In this document: piece after piece, positions 17,019 through 23,829 of the stretch
Position numbering within the stretch: position 1 is the stretch's first letter
How the letters are laid out: every line of letters starts with the position of its first letter
Source of the DNA: Nitrososphaera viennensis EN76
Lineage (GTDB): Archaea > Thermoproteota > Nitrososphaeria > Nitrososphaerales > Nitrososphaeraceae
Direction of reading: 5' to 3'
DNA length: 32,000 nt
NCBI RefSeq assembly: GCF_000698785.1
Contig: NZ_CP007536.1
Coordinates: forward strand, 390,001-422,000
Position numbers and translations under genes: made by a program
The notes under the pieces: generated by a model
The model's input: only the letters and a program-made list of their open reading frames with translations
What the model was told of the DNA's origin: nothing
Databases searched by the model: none

Positions 17019-17042
17019 ATTTCAAAACTCGAATTATGAAAT
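17019..17042. repeat. 24-bp near-palindrome, copy 3 (ATTTCAAAAC-TCGA-ATTATGAAAT)
   Basis: Read directly from the sequence. It lies 13 nt after the stop of ORF 16644-17006 and overlaps the stop codon (17034-17036) of the convergent wHTH gene. Confidence 0.85.
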
Positions 17043-17489
17043 AGGGCGCTTTATCCACACCCTTAACGTTTCTACCCAAAAGGCTACGGCGCCGGCCACT
17101 GCAAAGCCTATGGCAAACACATCCAGGTTGTCAAAATTCAGGACGACGTACGCAATGAGCATCGTCGTAAAAAATGCCGCAAAGAACGACAGCCTCGGCA
17201 CCGCAAGCCCGCCAATGTTGACAAACGCCTGCAGCACCCCTACCTGCACCTTCTGGATGATATAGTACCGGCCGTACTCGTCCTGGCCCACGAGTGCAAG
17301 CTGCACTAGCTTGTCGATGTGATAGTTTGCAACGCTTGGGCTTGAAAAGTAGAGGTCGCGCTGCACCTCGCGCACCCCTACCGGCTCTTTTCGCTTTATC
17401 ATGTACATGTACACCTGCAGAGTCTTTCCCTTCAGCTGCTCCTCTATCTTGTCGTTGCTGCTGCCTGCCTGCTCGTTATCTTTGGACAA
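17034..17489 (-). CDS. winged-helix DNA-binding domain fused to C-terminal transmembrane helices
   Basis: 151 aa. The N-terminal wHTH pattern is LQVYMYMIKRKEPVGVREVQRDLYFSSPSVANYHIDKLVQLALV. Two hydrophobic helices follow (LSFFAAFFTTMLIAYVVL and FAIGFAVAGAVAFWV). A TTG start is required to include helix 1. Confidence 0.6.
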   Translation of the reverse strand: MSKDNEQAGSSNDKIEEQLKGKTLQVYMYMIKRKEPVGVREVQRDLYFSSPSVANYHIDKLVQLALVGQDEYGRYYIIQKVQVGVLQAFVNIGGLAVPRLSFFAAFFTTMLIAYVVLNFDNLDVFAIGFAVAGAVAFWVETLRVWIKRPIS

Positions 17490-17561
17490 CTCGGGTGTTC
17501 ACGTAATGATGAGGTGGAGCTACTCTGAAATGCTATAAAGCTATCGTAGAGAAATTATACA

Positions 17562-17671
17562 TGGCGCCGCTGACCAGACTCGAACTGGTGACCCACTGGT
17601 TAACAGCCAGTTAAGCTCCGAAGCACAATATTGCGCTTTGAATTTGCTCTACCATGCTGAGCTACAGCGGC
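17562..17671 (-). tRNA. tRNA-Asn(GTT): tRNA-Asn (anticodon GUU) with a 33-nt intron at a non-canonical position and an encoded CCA
   Basis: Hand-folded from the sequence. The arms are: acceptor GCCGCUG/CAGCGGC; D arm GCUC-AGCAUGGUA-GAGC; anticodon arm ACUGG-CUGUUAA-CCAGU; variable loop GGGUC; T arm ACCAG-UUCGAGU-CUGGU. The discriminator is G and CCA is encoded. A 34-nt stretch at 17612-17645 separates the D stem from the anticodon stem; one of these nucleotides is position 26. Confidence 0.8.
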
Positions 17672-17693
17672 GCAAGTATACGCAAATTCCATG

Positions 17694-17710
17694 CACAAAA
17701 TAAATGTTTT
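17694..17710 (-). promoter_or_regulatory. TATA-like box upstream of tRNA-Asn
   Basis: The minus strand reads AAAACATTTATTTTGTG, centred about 30 nt upstream of the tRNA 5' end at 17671. Confidence 0.35.
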
Positions 17711-17759
17711 GAGAGGATCGTTTTGCAAAAATTGCGTCAAGAAAAGTGGGGGAAAAACC

Positions 17760-18287
17760 TTACATGCCTTCTTCACGGGAGTAGACGTATAGCCCGTCGA
17801 GGAAGACACGCTGGTCTTTGTCCTTTATCTTTGTAGACTGCTCGATGTTTGCGGCCGTCTGCGAGACATCTTCAAGGCTTGGGCCCTTTACGACGACGTC
17901 CTCGCCCTGGACCTCTACCTTGGTCGCGTCGCCCTGGATCCTGGCAATGCGGGCAGAGCGCTCGCCGAAAAAGTTCTCTACGTGGACCTCTTTGCCCTTT
18001 ACCTTCACTGCAATTGGAAAGTGCGCAAAGATGATCTTGACCTTGTAAGTGTAGCCCTTTTCGACGCCTTTTACCATGCTTGTCACGATGCTCCTTGCGG
18101 TGTTGGTCACTGCAAGGTCGCGCTTTCTCGTGCCGTACGGCTTGATAACGACCTTGTTGCCCTCTACTGTTACCGTGGCAGGGAGCTTCAAGAAATCCTT
18201 CTTGACCGTGCCGAGCTTGCCCTTGACTGCAAGGAAGCTTCCTTCCTTTGTCACCTTGACGCTTGCAGGTATGGCGACTTCTGCCAT
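17760..18287 (-). CDS. rpl6: 50S ribosomal protein uL6
   Basis: An ATG at 18287 gives MAEVAIPASVKVTKEGSFLAVKGKLG, a typical archaeal L6 N-terminus. The track start at 18323 is a TTG that would overlap uS8. This is the last gene of the operon in this window. Confidence 0.93.
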   Translation of the reverse strand: MAEVAIPASVKVTKEGSFLAVKGKLGTVKKDFLKLPATVTVEGNKVVIKPYGTRKRDLAVTNTARSIVTSMVKGVEKGYTYKVKIIFAHFPIAVKVKGKEVHVENFFGERSARIARIQGDATKVEVQGEDVVVKGPSLEDVSQTAANIEQSTKIKDKDQRVFLDGLYVYSREEGM

Positions 18288-18306
18288 TATCTCTGCTGGT
18301 GCTTGC

Positions 18307-18699
18307 TCAGTAGACGTAGCCAACGAGAACTCCTCCTAATCCCTGTGCCTGCGCCTCGTGGTGGGACATGATGCCCTTGCTGGTCGAGACGAGCAGTATG
18401 CCCATGCTGTAGGCCGGCAAAAACTGCCTCTCCCAGTTAAAGTACGCGTCCTTTTTCACGGAAAAGCGCGGCGTGATAATGCCACACTTGTTTATCTTGG
18501 CCAGTAATTGTATGCGGAACTTGCCTGCCCTGCCGTCGTCTACCTGCTCGAATTCGCCGATGTAGCGGTGCTTTTGCATAACGCGAAGCACCTCACTTGC
18601 GAACTTGGACGATGGAAGCACGATGCATTCCCTCTTTCTCCTGGTCTCGTTGTTGTAGATGGTGGTGAACATGTTTGACAGAATGTTTAGCGCTGGCAT
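18307..18699 (-). CDS. rps8: 30S ribosomal protein uS8
   Basis: 130 aa with an ATG start. It ends in GGVLVGYVY, typical of S8, and sits at the expected position in the operon. Confidence 0.95.
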   Translation of the reverse strand: MPALNILSNMFTTIYNNETRRKRECIVLPSSKFASEVLRVMQKHRYIGEFEQVDDGRAGKFRIQLLAKINKCGIITPRFSVKKDAYFNWERQFLPAYSMGILLVSTSKGIMSHHEAQAQGLGGVLVGYVY

Positions 18700-18710
18700 C
18701 TATTCAACAC

Positions 18711-18890
18711 CTACTCGAATTTCTTGAATCCCAGGCTCTCAGCCACTTCCCTGAAGCACTGTCTGCAAAGCATCAGGTTGTATTTTCTGATGAGTCCGTT
18801 ATATGAACCGCACCTTTTGCACCAGCGCACTCCTCTTCCGTGCGCAAGCTGCTTGCGGCCCGTTGTCGCGTATTCTCTTGGTTTAGGCAT
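18711..18890 (-). CDS. rps14: 30S ribosomal protein uS14 (zinc-ribbon type, 59 aa)
   Basis: Absent from the ORF track because it is shorter than 60 aa. Hand translation gives [59 protein letters not shown], with the CxxC...CxxC motif. It lies at the canonical slot between uL5 and uS8. Confidence 0.9.
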   Translation of the reverse strand: MPKPREYATTGRKQLAHGRGVRWCKRCGSYNGLIRKYNLMLCRQCFREVAESLGFKKFE

Positions 18891-18895
18891 GGTGA

Positions 18896-19417
18896 TTACT
18901 GTACCTCCGCTCCATACTGTTCCTTAAAGTATGCAATCGCGTCATCCTTGGTTATCCTGTGGCTCCTGCCAACCTTGGCGCGTTTTCTGCTCTTGCGCGC
19001 AATCCTGTATCCTGGCCTCACGAGGACGATGTTCACGTCCATGCCAAAGATGCCGATCTCCGGGTTGTATTTCGTGCCGGGGATGTCGATGTGCTCGTGG
19101 ATGCCTATTGAAAGGTTGCCGAAATTGTCAAACGAAGATTCTTTTAGCACGTTCTTTTTCGCTGCAATGACGCGCTTTAGGAACTCGATTGCTTCTTCGC
19201 GCCTCAGCGTCACCATCGCACCAATCGGCTCGCCCTGGTGGATGCCAAAGTCGCGCACTGTCTTTTTTGCACCCCTTATCGCCGGCTGGTGGCCCGTCAG
19301 TTCAGTGAGCGCTTTCTTGGCCTTTTCCATCGGCTCGCCGGATTTGCCGACTCCGATGTTGATGACCACCTTGTCGACCGCAATCCTCTTCATGCTGCTT
19401 TCCATAACTTGGCTCAT
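18896..19417 (-). CDS. rpl5: 50S ribosomal protein uL5
   Basis: 173 aa with an ATG start. Blocks seen: [12 protein letters not shown] and [17 protein letters not shown]. Operon position is as expected. Confidence 0.95.
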   Translation of the reverse strand: MSQVMESSMKRIAVDKVVINIGVGKSGEPMEKAKKALTELTGHQPAIRGAKKTVRDFGIHQGEPIGAMVTLRREEAIEFLKRVIAAKKNVLKESSFDNFGNLSIGIHEHIDIPGTKYNPEIGIFGMDVNIVLVRPGYRIARKSRKRAKVGRSHRITKDDAIAYFKEQYGAEVQ

Positions 19418-19422
19418 TCTAT

Positions 19423-20136
19423 CTAGTTCACCTTTATCACTGGCTTGTCCTTGCCAACAACCATGACCATTTCCACCGGGAGCTCTACCGTCTTGTCGCC
19501 AAACGACACGAATGCGCGGGTTGGAAGCGAGAAGAGTCCTTCACGGAAATCCTCTATCTTGCCTACATTGCCTGCGTTTTCGCCCGTGATGATGAGTGCC
19601 GTCGCGCCCTTTTCAAACTTGATGTGATCCTTTACTTTTGCGCCTGGAAGTTCGAGCAGGCACGTGTCTCCGACCTTCATCTTGGCATCGGTGATGAGCG
19701 TCTTGCCGTCGTGGAAGCCGTACTGTAGTTTCTTGCCCTTGGTTGTGACCTTGCTTGTTATCTTGGCTAGCTTTACTGCCTTTTCCGCGTCCTCCACTGC
19801 CACTGGCGCGAGTAGTTCAGAGTCCTTGGGAACGAGGCGGTATGCTTGGCCGTTTGCAAGCTCTACCACGTCCATCAGGCCAACTGCCAGGTTCGGGTCG
19901 CGCCTTACGATGCCGTCGACCTTGACCTTGCCTTCGTTGAGTATCAACTGCGATTCCTTGGCTGTGTGCGTCACCTTGACTGCGTCGCGCAGGACCATGC
20001 CGAGCGGATACGCGCTATTCTTCGGGTGCGGTCCCGGCTTGACCCTCATGACGAACTGGCTTTCCTTCCTTCTGATGTTCCAGAAGGTCGGCGCCATCTG
20101 TCTCTTTACTCTAGTTGCTCCACCTTTCTTTCCCAT
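19423..20136 (-). CDS. rps4e: 30S ribosomal protein eS4
   Basis: 237 aa. The S4e N-terminus is MGKKGGATRVKRQMAPTFWNIRRK...KPGPHP. The start overlaps the uL24 stop (TAATG). Confidence 0.95.
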   Translation of the reverse strand: MGKKGGATRVKRQMAPTFWNIRRKESQFVMRVKPGPHPKNSAYPLGMVLRDAVKVTHTAKESQLILNEGKVKVDGIVRRDPNLAVGLMDVVELANGQAYRLVPKDSELLAPVAVEDAEKAVKLAKITSKVTTKGKKLQYGFHDGKTLITDAKMKVGDTCLLELPGAKVKDHIKFEKGATALIITGENAGNVGKIEDFREGLFSLPTRAFVSFGDKTVELPVEMVMVVGKDKPVIKVN

Positions 20137-20585
20137 TAGCTAGTCTCCTCCTCTTTCTTCTCCTTTTTTGCTGCCTTGGCAGCCTTTGGCTTTGCTTCAG
20201 CTTCGGGCTTTGCCTCTGCTTTCTTTTCCTTCTTTGGCGCTGCCTGCTGCTTTTGGCCGCTGAGCATTGCCGACCTGTACTTGTCGTCCGTCTTGAGCCC
20301 TGTTATCATGACGTTTGAAGCGTGGATCGGGACCTTGACCTGGCCTCCGCGCACCTTTTCGCGCTGGATGCCTTCTATCTCGAGGGTGCCTTCGATTGTG
20401 TTGACCTTGTCGACCTTGCCCTCTACTCCCTTGTACTCGCCGCGCATGACCTTGACCGAATCGCCCTTGATTACGCGTGCGCTGCGCCTCTTGTACTGCT
20501 GGCGCAGGCTGTCAGACAAGGTCGCGCCGACCATGTTGTCGCGCTGGTGCTTTGGAACGTGCAAGAGTTTTGGATGTATTGTCAT
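20136..20585 (-). CDS. rpl24: 50S ribosomal protein uL24 with a Lys/Ala/Glu-rich C-terminal tail
   Basis: 149 aa. The KOW region is VIKGDSVKVMRGEYKGVEGKV. The roughly 40-aa low-complexity tail is APKKEKKAEAKPEAEAKPKAAKAAKKEKKEEETS. Confidence 0.93.
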   Translation of the reverse strand: MTIHPKLLHVPKHQRDNMVGATLSDSLRQQYKRRSARVIKGDSVKVMRGEYKGVEGKVDKVNTIEGTLEIEGIQREKVRGGQVKVPIHASNVMITGLKTDDKYRSAMLSGQKQQAAPKKEKKAEAKPEAEAKPKAAKAAKKEKKEEETS

Positions 20586-20601
20586 CTCTAATAAAACACC
20601 T

Positions 20602-21042
20602 CTAGACTATCATTCCCGCGAGGTTTGCAATCCTTGGCCACTTTTCTGCCGCCTCGCTTGCGACTGGGCCCTTGATGTCTGTTCCCTTGATCTCGCCTTC
20701 TGGAGTCACGAGCACCGCGGCGTTGTCTTCAAACGCGACGCGAATTCCGTTTGGCCTGCGTATCGGGTACTTTTGCCTTACGATCACTGCGCCGAAAATC
20801 TGCTTGCGAAGCTCCGCCGGGCCCTTTTTCACTGTAACTGTGACAAAGTCTCCGACTGCTGCCGCCGGCTGGCGCGAGTGCCTGCCCTTGTACCTTGTGA
20901 CTTGCGCGATGCGCAGCACCTTTGCACCTGTATTGTCAGCGCATACAAGCTCTGCAGTCACCGGCAGGGCCCTTGTGATGTACGGGCGGAATTCTTCTAC
21001 GCCCTTGGCTGAAACTGCTCTTGACTTAGCTCCTGCCGCCAT
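20602..21042 (-). CDS. rpl14: 50S ribosomal protein uL14
   Basis: 146 aa. L14 blocks seen: LVCADNTGAK and AFEDNAAVLV. Operon position is as expected. Confidence 0.95.
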   Translation of the reverse strand: MAAGAKSRAVSAKGVEEFRPYITRALPVTAELVCADNTGAKVLRIAQVTRYKGRHSRQPAAAVGDFVTVTVKKGPAELRKQIFGAVIVRQKYPIRRPNGIRVAFEDNAAVLVTPEGEIKGTDIKGPVASEAAEKWPRIANLAGMIV

Positions 21043-21367
21043 CCTTTGTGTTCACCTCGATCACTACGAACGAAACCGTCTTTGAAAGTGGCCTGCACTC
21101 TGCGATCTTGACCTCGTCGCCCTCCTTTACGTCCATGCAGGTCGGGAGGTACGCGTGGACCTTGGATCTGGACCTCTCGTATCTCTTGTATTTTTGCACT
21201 GGCCTCGGGTACTCTTGCGTGACCACGACCATCTTCTTGGCCTTGGCGCTTGCCACGATGCCTGTCAGCAGTTTGCCTCTCACCGGGAGCGTGCCGTGGA
21301 ACGGGCAGAGCTCGTCCTCGCACGTCTTGCGGGGGGCAATGACTGAAACACCAATGTTTCTTACCAT
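21026..21367 (-). CDS. rps17: 30S ribosomal protein uS17
   Basis: 113 aa. Blocks seen: CPFHGTLPVRGKLLTG.V and GDEVKIAECRPLSKT. It overlaps uL14 by 17 nt. Confidence 0.93.
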   Translation of the reverse strand: MVRNIGVSVIAPRKTCEDELCPFHGTLPVRGKLLTGIVASAKAKKMVVVTQEYPRPVQKYKRYERSRSKVHAYLPTCMDVKEGDEVKIAECRPLSKTVSFVVIEVNTKDGGRS

Positions 21368-21382
21368 TTCTATATCACTCTA

Positions 21383-21649
21383 TTATAATCGCGATATACG
21401 ATCCTCTGGCCTTGCTATCATCGAAGAACCACTTATAAAGCAAGCGCCATTTTGAGTTGCGATTTTGATTTTTTTCGCTGCTGCTTTTGGAATTATTTTT
21501 GTCGCGCTGCCGGACCTTATTGCAAGCGTGTTTTTCGTTTCAAAAACGATGGTGCCTGCTAGGCCTGAGAGCGCAGCGTTTGTTGTTTCAATTATTTTTG
21601 CGTCAAGGCCGATGAGCTCGTGCGCAAGAATGTTTGTCGCGGTTATCAT
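21383..21649 (-). CDS. rnp1: RNase P protein component 1 (Rpp29/Pop4 homologue)
   Basis: An ATG at 21649, 1 nt after the uL29 stop, gives an 88-aa Sm-like protein (LIGLDAKIIETTNAALSGLAGTIVFETKNTL). It lies between uL29 and uS17, the canonical archaeal position. Confidence 0.8.
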   Translation of the reverse strand: MITATNILAHELIGLDAKIIETTNAALSGLAGTIVFETKNTLAIRSGSATKIIPKAAAKKIKIATQNGACFISGSSMIARPEDRISRL

Positions 21650-21650
21650 A

Positions 21651-21860
21651 CTACTGCGCCTTGGCCTTCCTTTCGTTGAGTATCGTGAGTACGCGCGCAA
21701 TGTCGCGCCTCATGTACCTTATCTCGCCCGAGTGTTTTTTCAGCGTGCCTTTTGTCTGCTCCGACCTGACCTTTGCAAGGTCTGCCTTCATCTCTGCAAG
21801 CTTTTGCGAAAGGTCCGTGTCGTTCATTTCGCGAAGGGTCTTTAGCTTAAGCCTGGCCAT
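21651..21860 (-). CDS. rpl29: 50S ribosomal protein uL29
   Basis: 69 aa. The sequence LREMNDTDLSQKLAEMKADLAKVRSE is typical of L29. Confidence 0.9.
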   Translation of the reverse strand: MARLKLKTLREMNDTDLSQKLAEMKADLAKVRSEQTKGTLKKHSGEIRYMRRDIARVLTILNERKAKAQ

Positions 21861-22545
21861 TTGTCTCCGCTCCTGTTTGCGCCGCTACTGCTTCTCCCTC
21901 CGCCCCTCTTTCTGCGGCCGGTTCTTGCGCTGGCTGCTGTGCCGCTTGTGCTCCGCCTTCGACCATCTGGAATTCTTGCGGTAGCTCTGCCTTTGATGCG
22001 ATGCGCAGCTGTATGCCCATAAGGCCCATCTTTGTAAGCACGGATGAGACGCCTGTCTGGACAATCTTGCCTGCGACGTCGCCGCTCTTTGGCACCACGC
22101 CCACAGTGTGCTTTTCAAAGTGGGCGCGCTCTGTGCGCAGCTTGCCTGAAATGGTCACTTCCACGCCGAGTGCTCCTTGGCTCATTATCGTGTTGAGTGC
22201 CCACATTGATGCGCGCCTGAAAGCCGTTCCGCGCTCGATCAATTGTGCAATCCTGTTGCACATGATGTTCGGGTTCAGCTCGGGATTTGTTACTTCAAGT
22301 ACTGAAATCTGCGGGTTTGGAAAACCGAACTTTTGCTCTATCTTGGCCATAAGGTCCTTGATGCCCGTTCCCTTGCGGCCGATTACAAGGCCTGGCCTTG
22401 TCACAAAGACGGTTATCCTCGCGCCGACTGGCGTTTTCTGGATCTCGACTCCGCCATAGCCGGCGTCCTTGAGCTCGCTCCTGAGGAACTCGTCGATTTC
22501 CATGTTGCGGTACGTGTTCTTCATTACGTTCTTTACTGCGCTCAT
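21847..22545 (-). CDS. rps3: 30S ribosomal protein uS3 (with an Ala/Gln/Glu-rich C-terminal tail)
   Basis: 232 aa. The KH-domain region is ITVFVTRPGLVIGRKGTGIKDL. The low-complexity tail runs from GGAQAAQQPAQEP to the end. Confidence 0.95.
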   Translation of the reverse strand: MSAVKNVMKNTYRNMEIDEFLRSELKDAGYGGVEIQKTPVGARITVFVTRPGLVIGRKGTGIKDLMAKIEQKFGFPNPQISVLEVTNPELNPNIMCNRIAQLIERGTAFRRASMWALNTIMSQGALGVEVTISGKLRTERAHFEKHTVGVVPKSGDVAGKIVQTGVSSVLTKMGLMGIQLRIASKAELPQEFQMVEGGAQAAQQPAQEPAAERGAEGEAVAAQTGAETNGQA

Positions 22546-23024
22546 TCTGATGAGACCTCCTGTGCTACAAGCTCGACATGCACGAGCGTGTCGACCTTGG
22601 GGCTTGACCTGCCCATCGCCCTTGGGGTGAAGCGCTTTAGCTTTGTCCCCTTGTGGACGACTGCGCTCACTATGCGGAGGCGGTCAAGGTCCATGCCCTT
22701 GTACTCTGCGTTTGACTCAAGGTTGTCAAGAAGCCTGAGGAACTCGTTTGCCGCCTTTTGCGGGAACCTGCCTGCTGCAAAGCCGTCGCGGATGTTTGTC
22801 CTGTGCGCGACTTCGTTGTGGTACCTGCGGTATGGCACGGCAACCTTTTTGGCCACGACGTTTTCGAGGAACTCGCGGGCCTTTTCGATGGACATGCCCT
22901 TGATGGCGACTGCGATCTCGCGCGAGTGCTTGTGAGAAATGCTCTTTTCGCGGACCGCGGCACGCACGTGGCGGGCCTTGTCAAAGTTTTGGAAAGAATA
23001 AGAGAATTGTGGCATATGCATCAC
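22542..23024 (-). CDS. rpl22: 50S ribosomal protein uL22
   Basis: 160 aa. Blocks seen: ISHKHSREIAVAIKGM and PRAMGRSSPKVDTLVHVELV. GTG at 23024 overlaps the uS19 stop; ATG alternatives lie at 23021 and 23015. Confidence 0.93.
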   Translation of the reverse strand: MMHMPQFSYSFQNFDKARHVRAAVREKSISHKHSREIAVAIKGMSIEKAREFLENVVAKKVAVPYRRYHNEVAHRTNIRDGFAAGRFPQKAANEFLRLLDNLESNAEYKGMDLDRLRIVSAVVHKGTKLKRFTPRAMGRSSPKVDTLVHVELVAQEVSSE

Positions 23025-23428
23025 TTCAGCGGGACGTAGAGGCTGGACCTCGAAGCGCCGACACCTGGTGCGCCATGCTGGACTCTCTTGTTCGTTATCG
23101 CGTATTCGCCGAGGTAGTGTCCGACCATTTCCGGCCTGATTGCGACTGCCGCAAACTCTTTGCCGTTGTGGACGTTTATCGTGAGGCCGATCATGTCCGG
23201 CAGGATTATCATGTCGCGGATGTGCGTCCTTATTGCGCCCTTTAGCTTGCCGTCGCGTGCCAGCTTTATCTTTTCACGGAGTTTCCTCTTTTCGTCGTTC
23301 ATGTACGTGCCGACGCGCTTGTCAAGCGACCTGCGCTGCCGTGCGTTGAGAAGCGGCAAAAGGTTCTCTATAGACAGTGACTGTAACTGCTCGGGCGTAT
23401 AGCCCTTGAACTTGAATTCGCGTACCAA
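23021..23428 (-). CDS. rps19: 30S ribosomal protein uS19
   Basis: 135 aa. Blocks seen: IRTHIRDMIILPDMIG, NGKEF, PEMVGHYLGEYA, GAPGVGASRSS. The start must be TTG because an in-frame stop lies immediately upstream. Confidence 0.95.
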   Translation of the reverse strand: MVREFKFKGYTPEQLQSLSIENLLPLLNARQRRSLDKRVGTYMNDEKRKLREKIKLARDGKLKGAIRTHIRDMIILPDMIGLTINVHNGKEFAAVAIRPEMVGHYLGEYAITNKRVQHGAPGVGASRSSLYVPLK

Positions 23429-23495
23429 CTATATCACTCTCTCCTCGGTTGCTTTTCCATTTTTAAACCTAGCGAGCGTTATCATCATGCCGCTA

Positions 23496-23828
23496 TTACA
23501 CCAGTCCCAGCTTTGTCGCAAGGTTCCTTGCGCCTTCCGGCTCCTTGAACTTGATAAACGCCTTCTTGCCCTGTATTGTGCGCGCCGTGTTGACTTCTGA
23601 TGCCTCTGTCTCGTAGAGTATGCGCATCGCTTCAATTATCTGGTGCTTTGACGCGTGCTCTGCAACCATGAACGAGAGCTTGTTCTCCTTCTCTATCTGG
23701 TTGAACGTCTTTTCTGTGACGTACGGTGCCAGTATTATGACTGTGGCTTCTTCTGCCGTCATTGTGCTTGCCGGCGCAGCAGCCGCTGCTGCTGGCTTGG
23801 TGCTGTTGTTGTTTTCTGCCTTGCTCAT
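23496..23828 (-). CDS. rpl23: 50S ribosomal protein uL23 (Ala-rich N-terminal extension)
   Basis: 110 aa. Blocks seen: PYVTEKTFNQIEKENKLSFMV and KKAFIKF. The N-terminus is MSKAENNNSTKPAAAAAAPAS. Confidence 0.9.
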   Translation of the reverse strand: MSKAENNNSTKPAAAAAAPASTMTAEEATVIILAPYVTEKTFNQIEKENKLSFMVAEHASKHQIIEAMRILYETEASEVNTARTIQGKKAFIKFKEPEGARNLATKLGLV

Positions 23829-23829
23829 T

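Noticed and set aside
17506-17528. C/D-box sRNA-like pattern: AUGAUGA (17506-17512), a 12-nt spacer, then CUGA (17525-17528)
   Set aside because: Only one box pair is present. No second C'/D pair or terminal stem follows in the next 40 nt, so the element would be too short. It is probably a chance match.
18708-18732. ACTCGAATTT...GAAT at the 3' end of rps14, resembling the core of the 24-bp palindrome. Partial AAAACTCG matches also occur at 16421-16435, 16728-16742 and 4931-4950.
   Set aside because: Only the central 8-10 nt match and the A-tract half-sites are absent. All of these lie within coding sequence, so I treat them as chance similarity.
20176-21012. 278-aa plus-strand ORF across the uL24/uL14 region, together with similar long antisense ORFs at 18840-19466 and 19664-20143
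   Set aside because: It lies antisense to unmistakable r-protein genes. The composition is junk-like (Cys/Ser/Leu/Arg-rich) with no recognisable motifs. It is a shadow ORF caused by codon bias in GC-moderate coding DNA.
23482-23488. ATGATGA (C-box-like) on the minus strand in the uL23/uS19 gap
   Set aside because: No CUGA D box lies at a suitable distance within the 67-nt gap.
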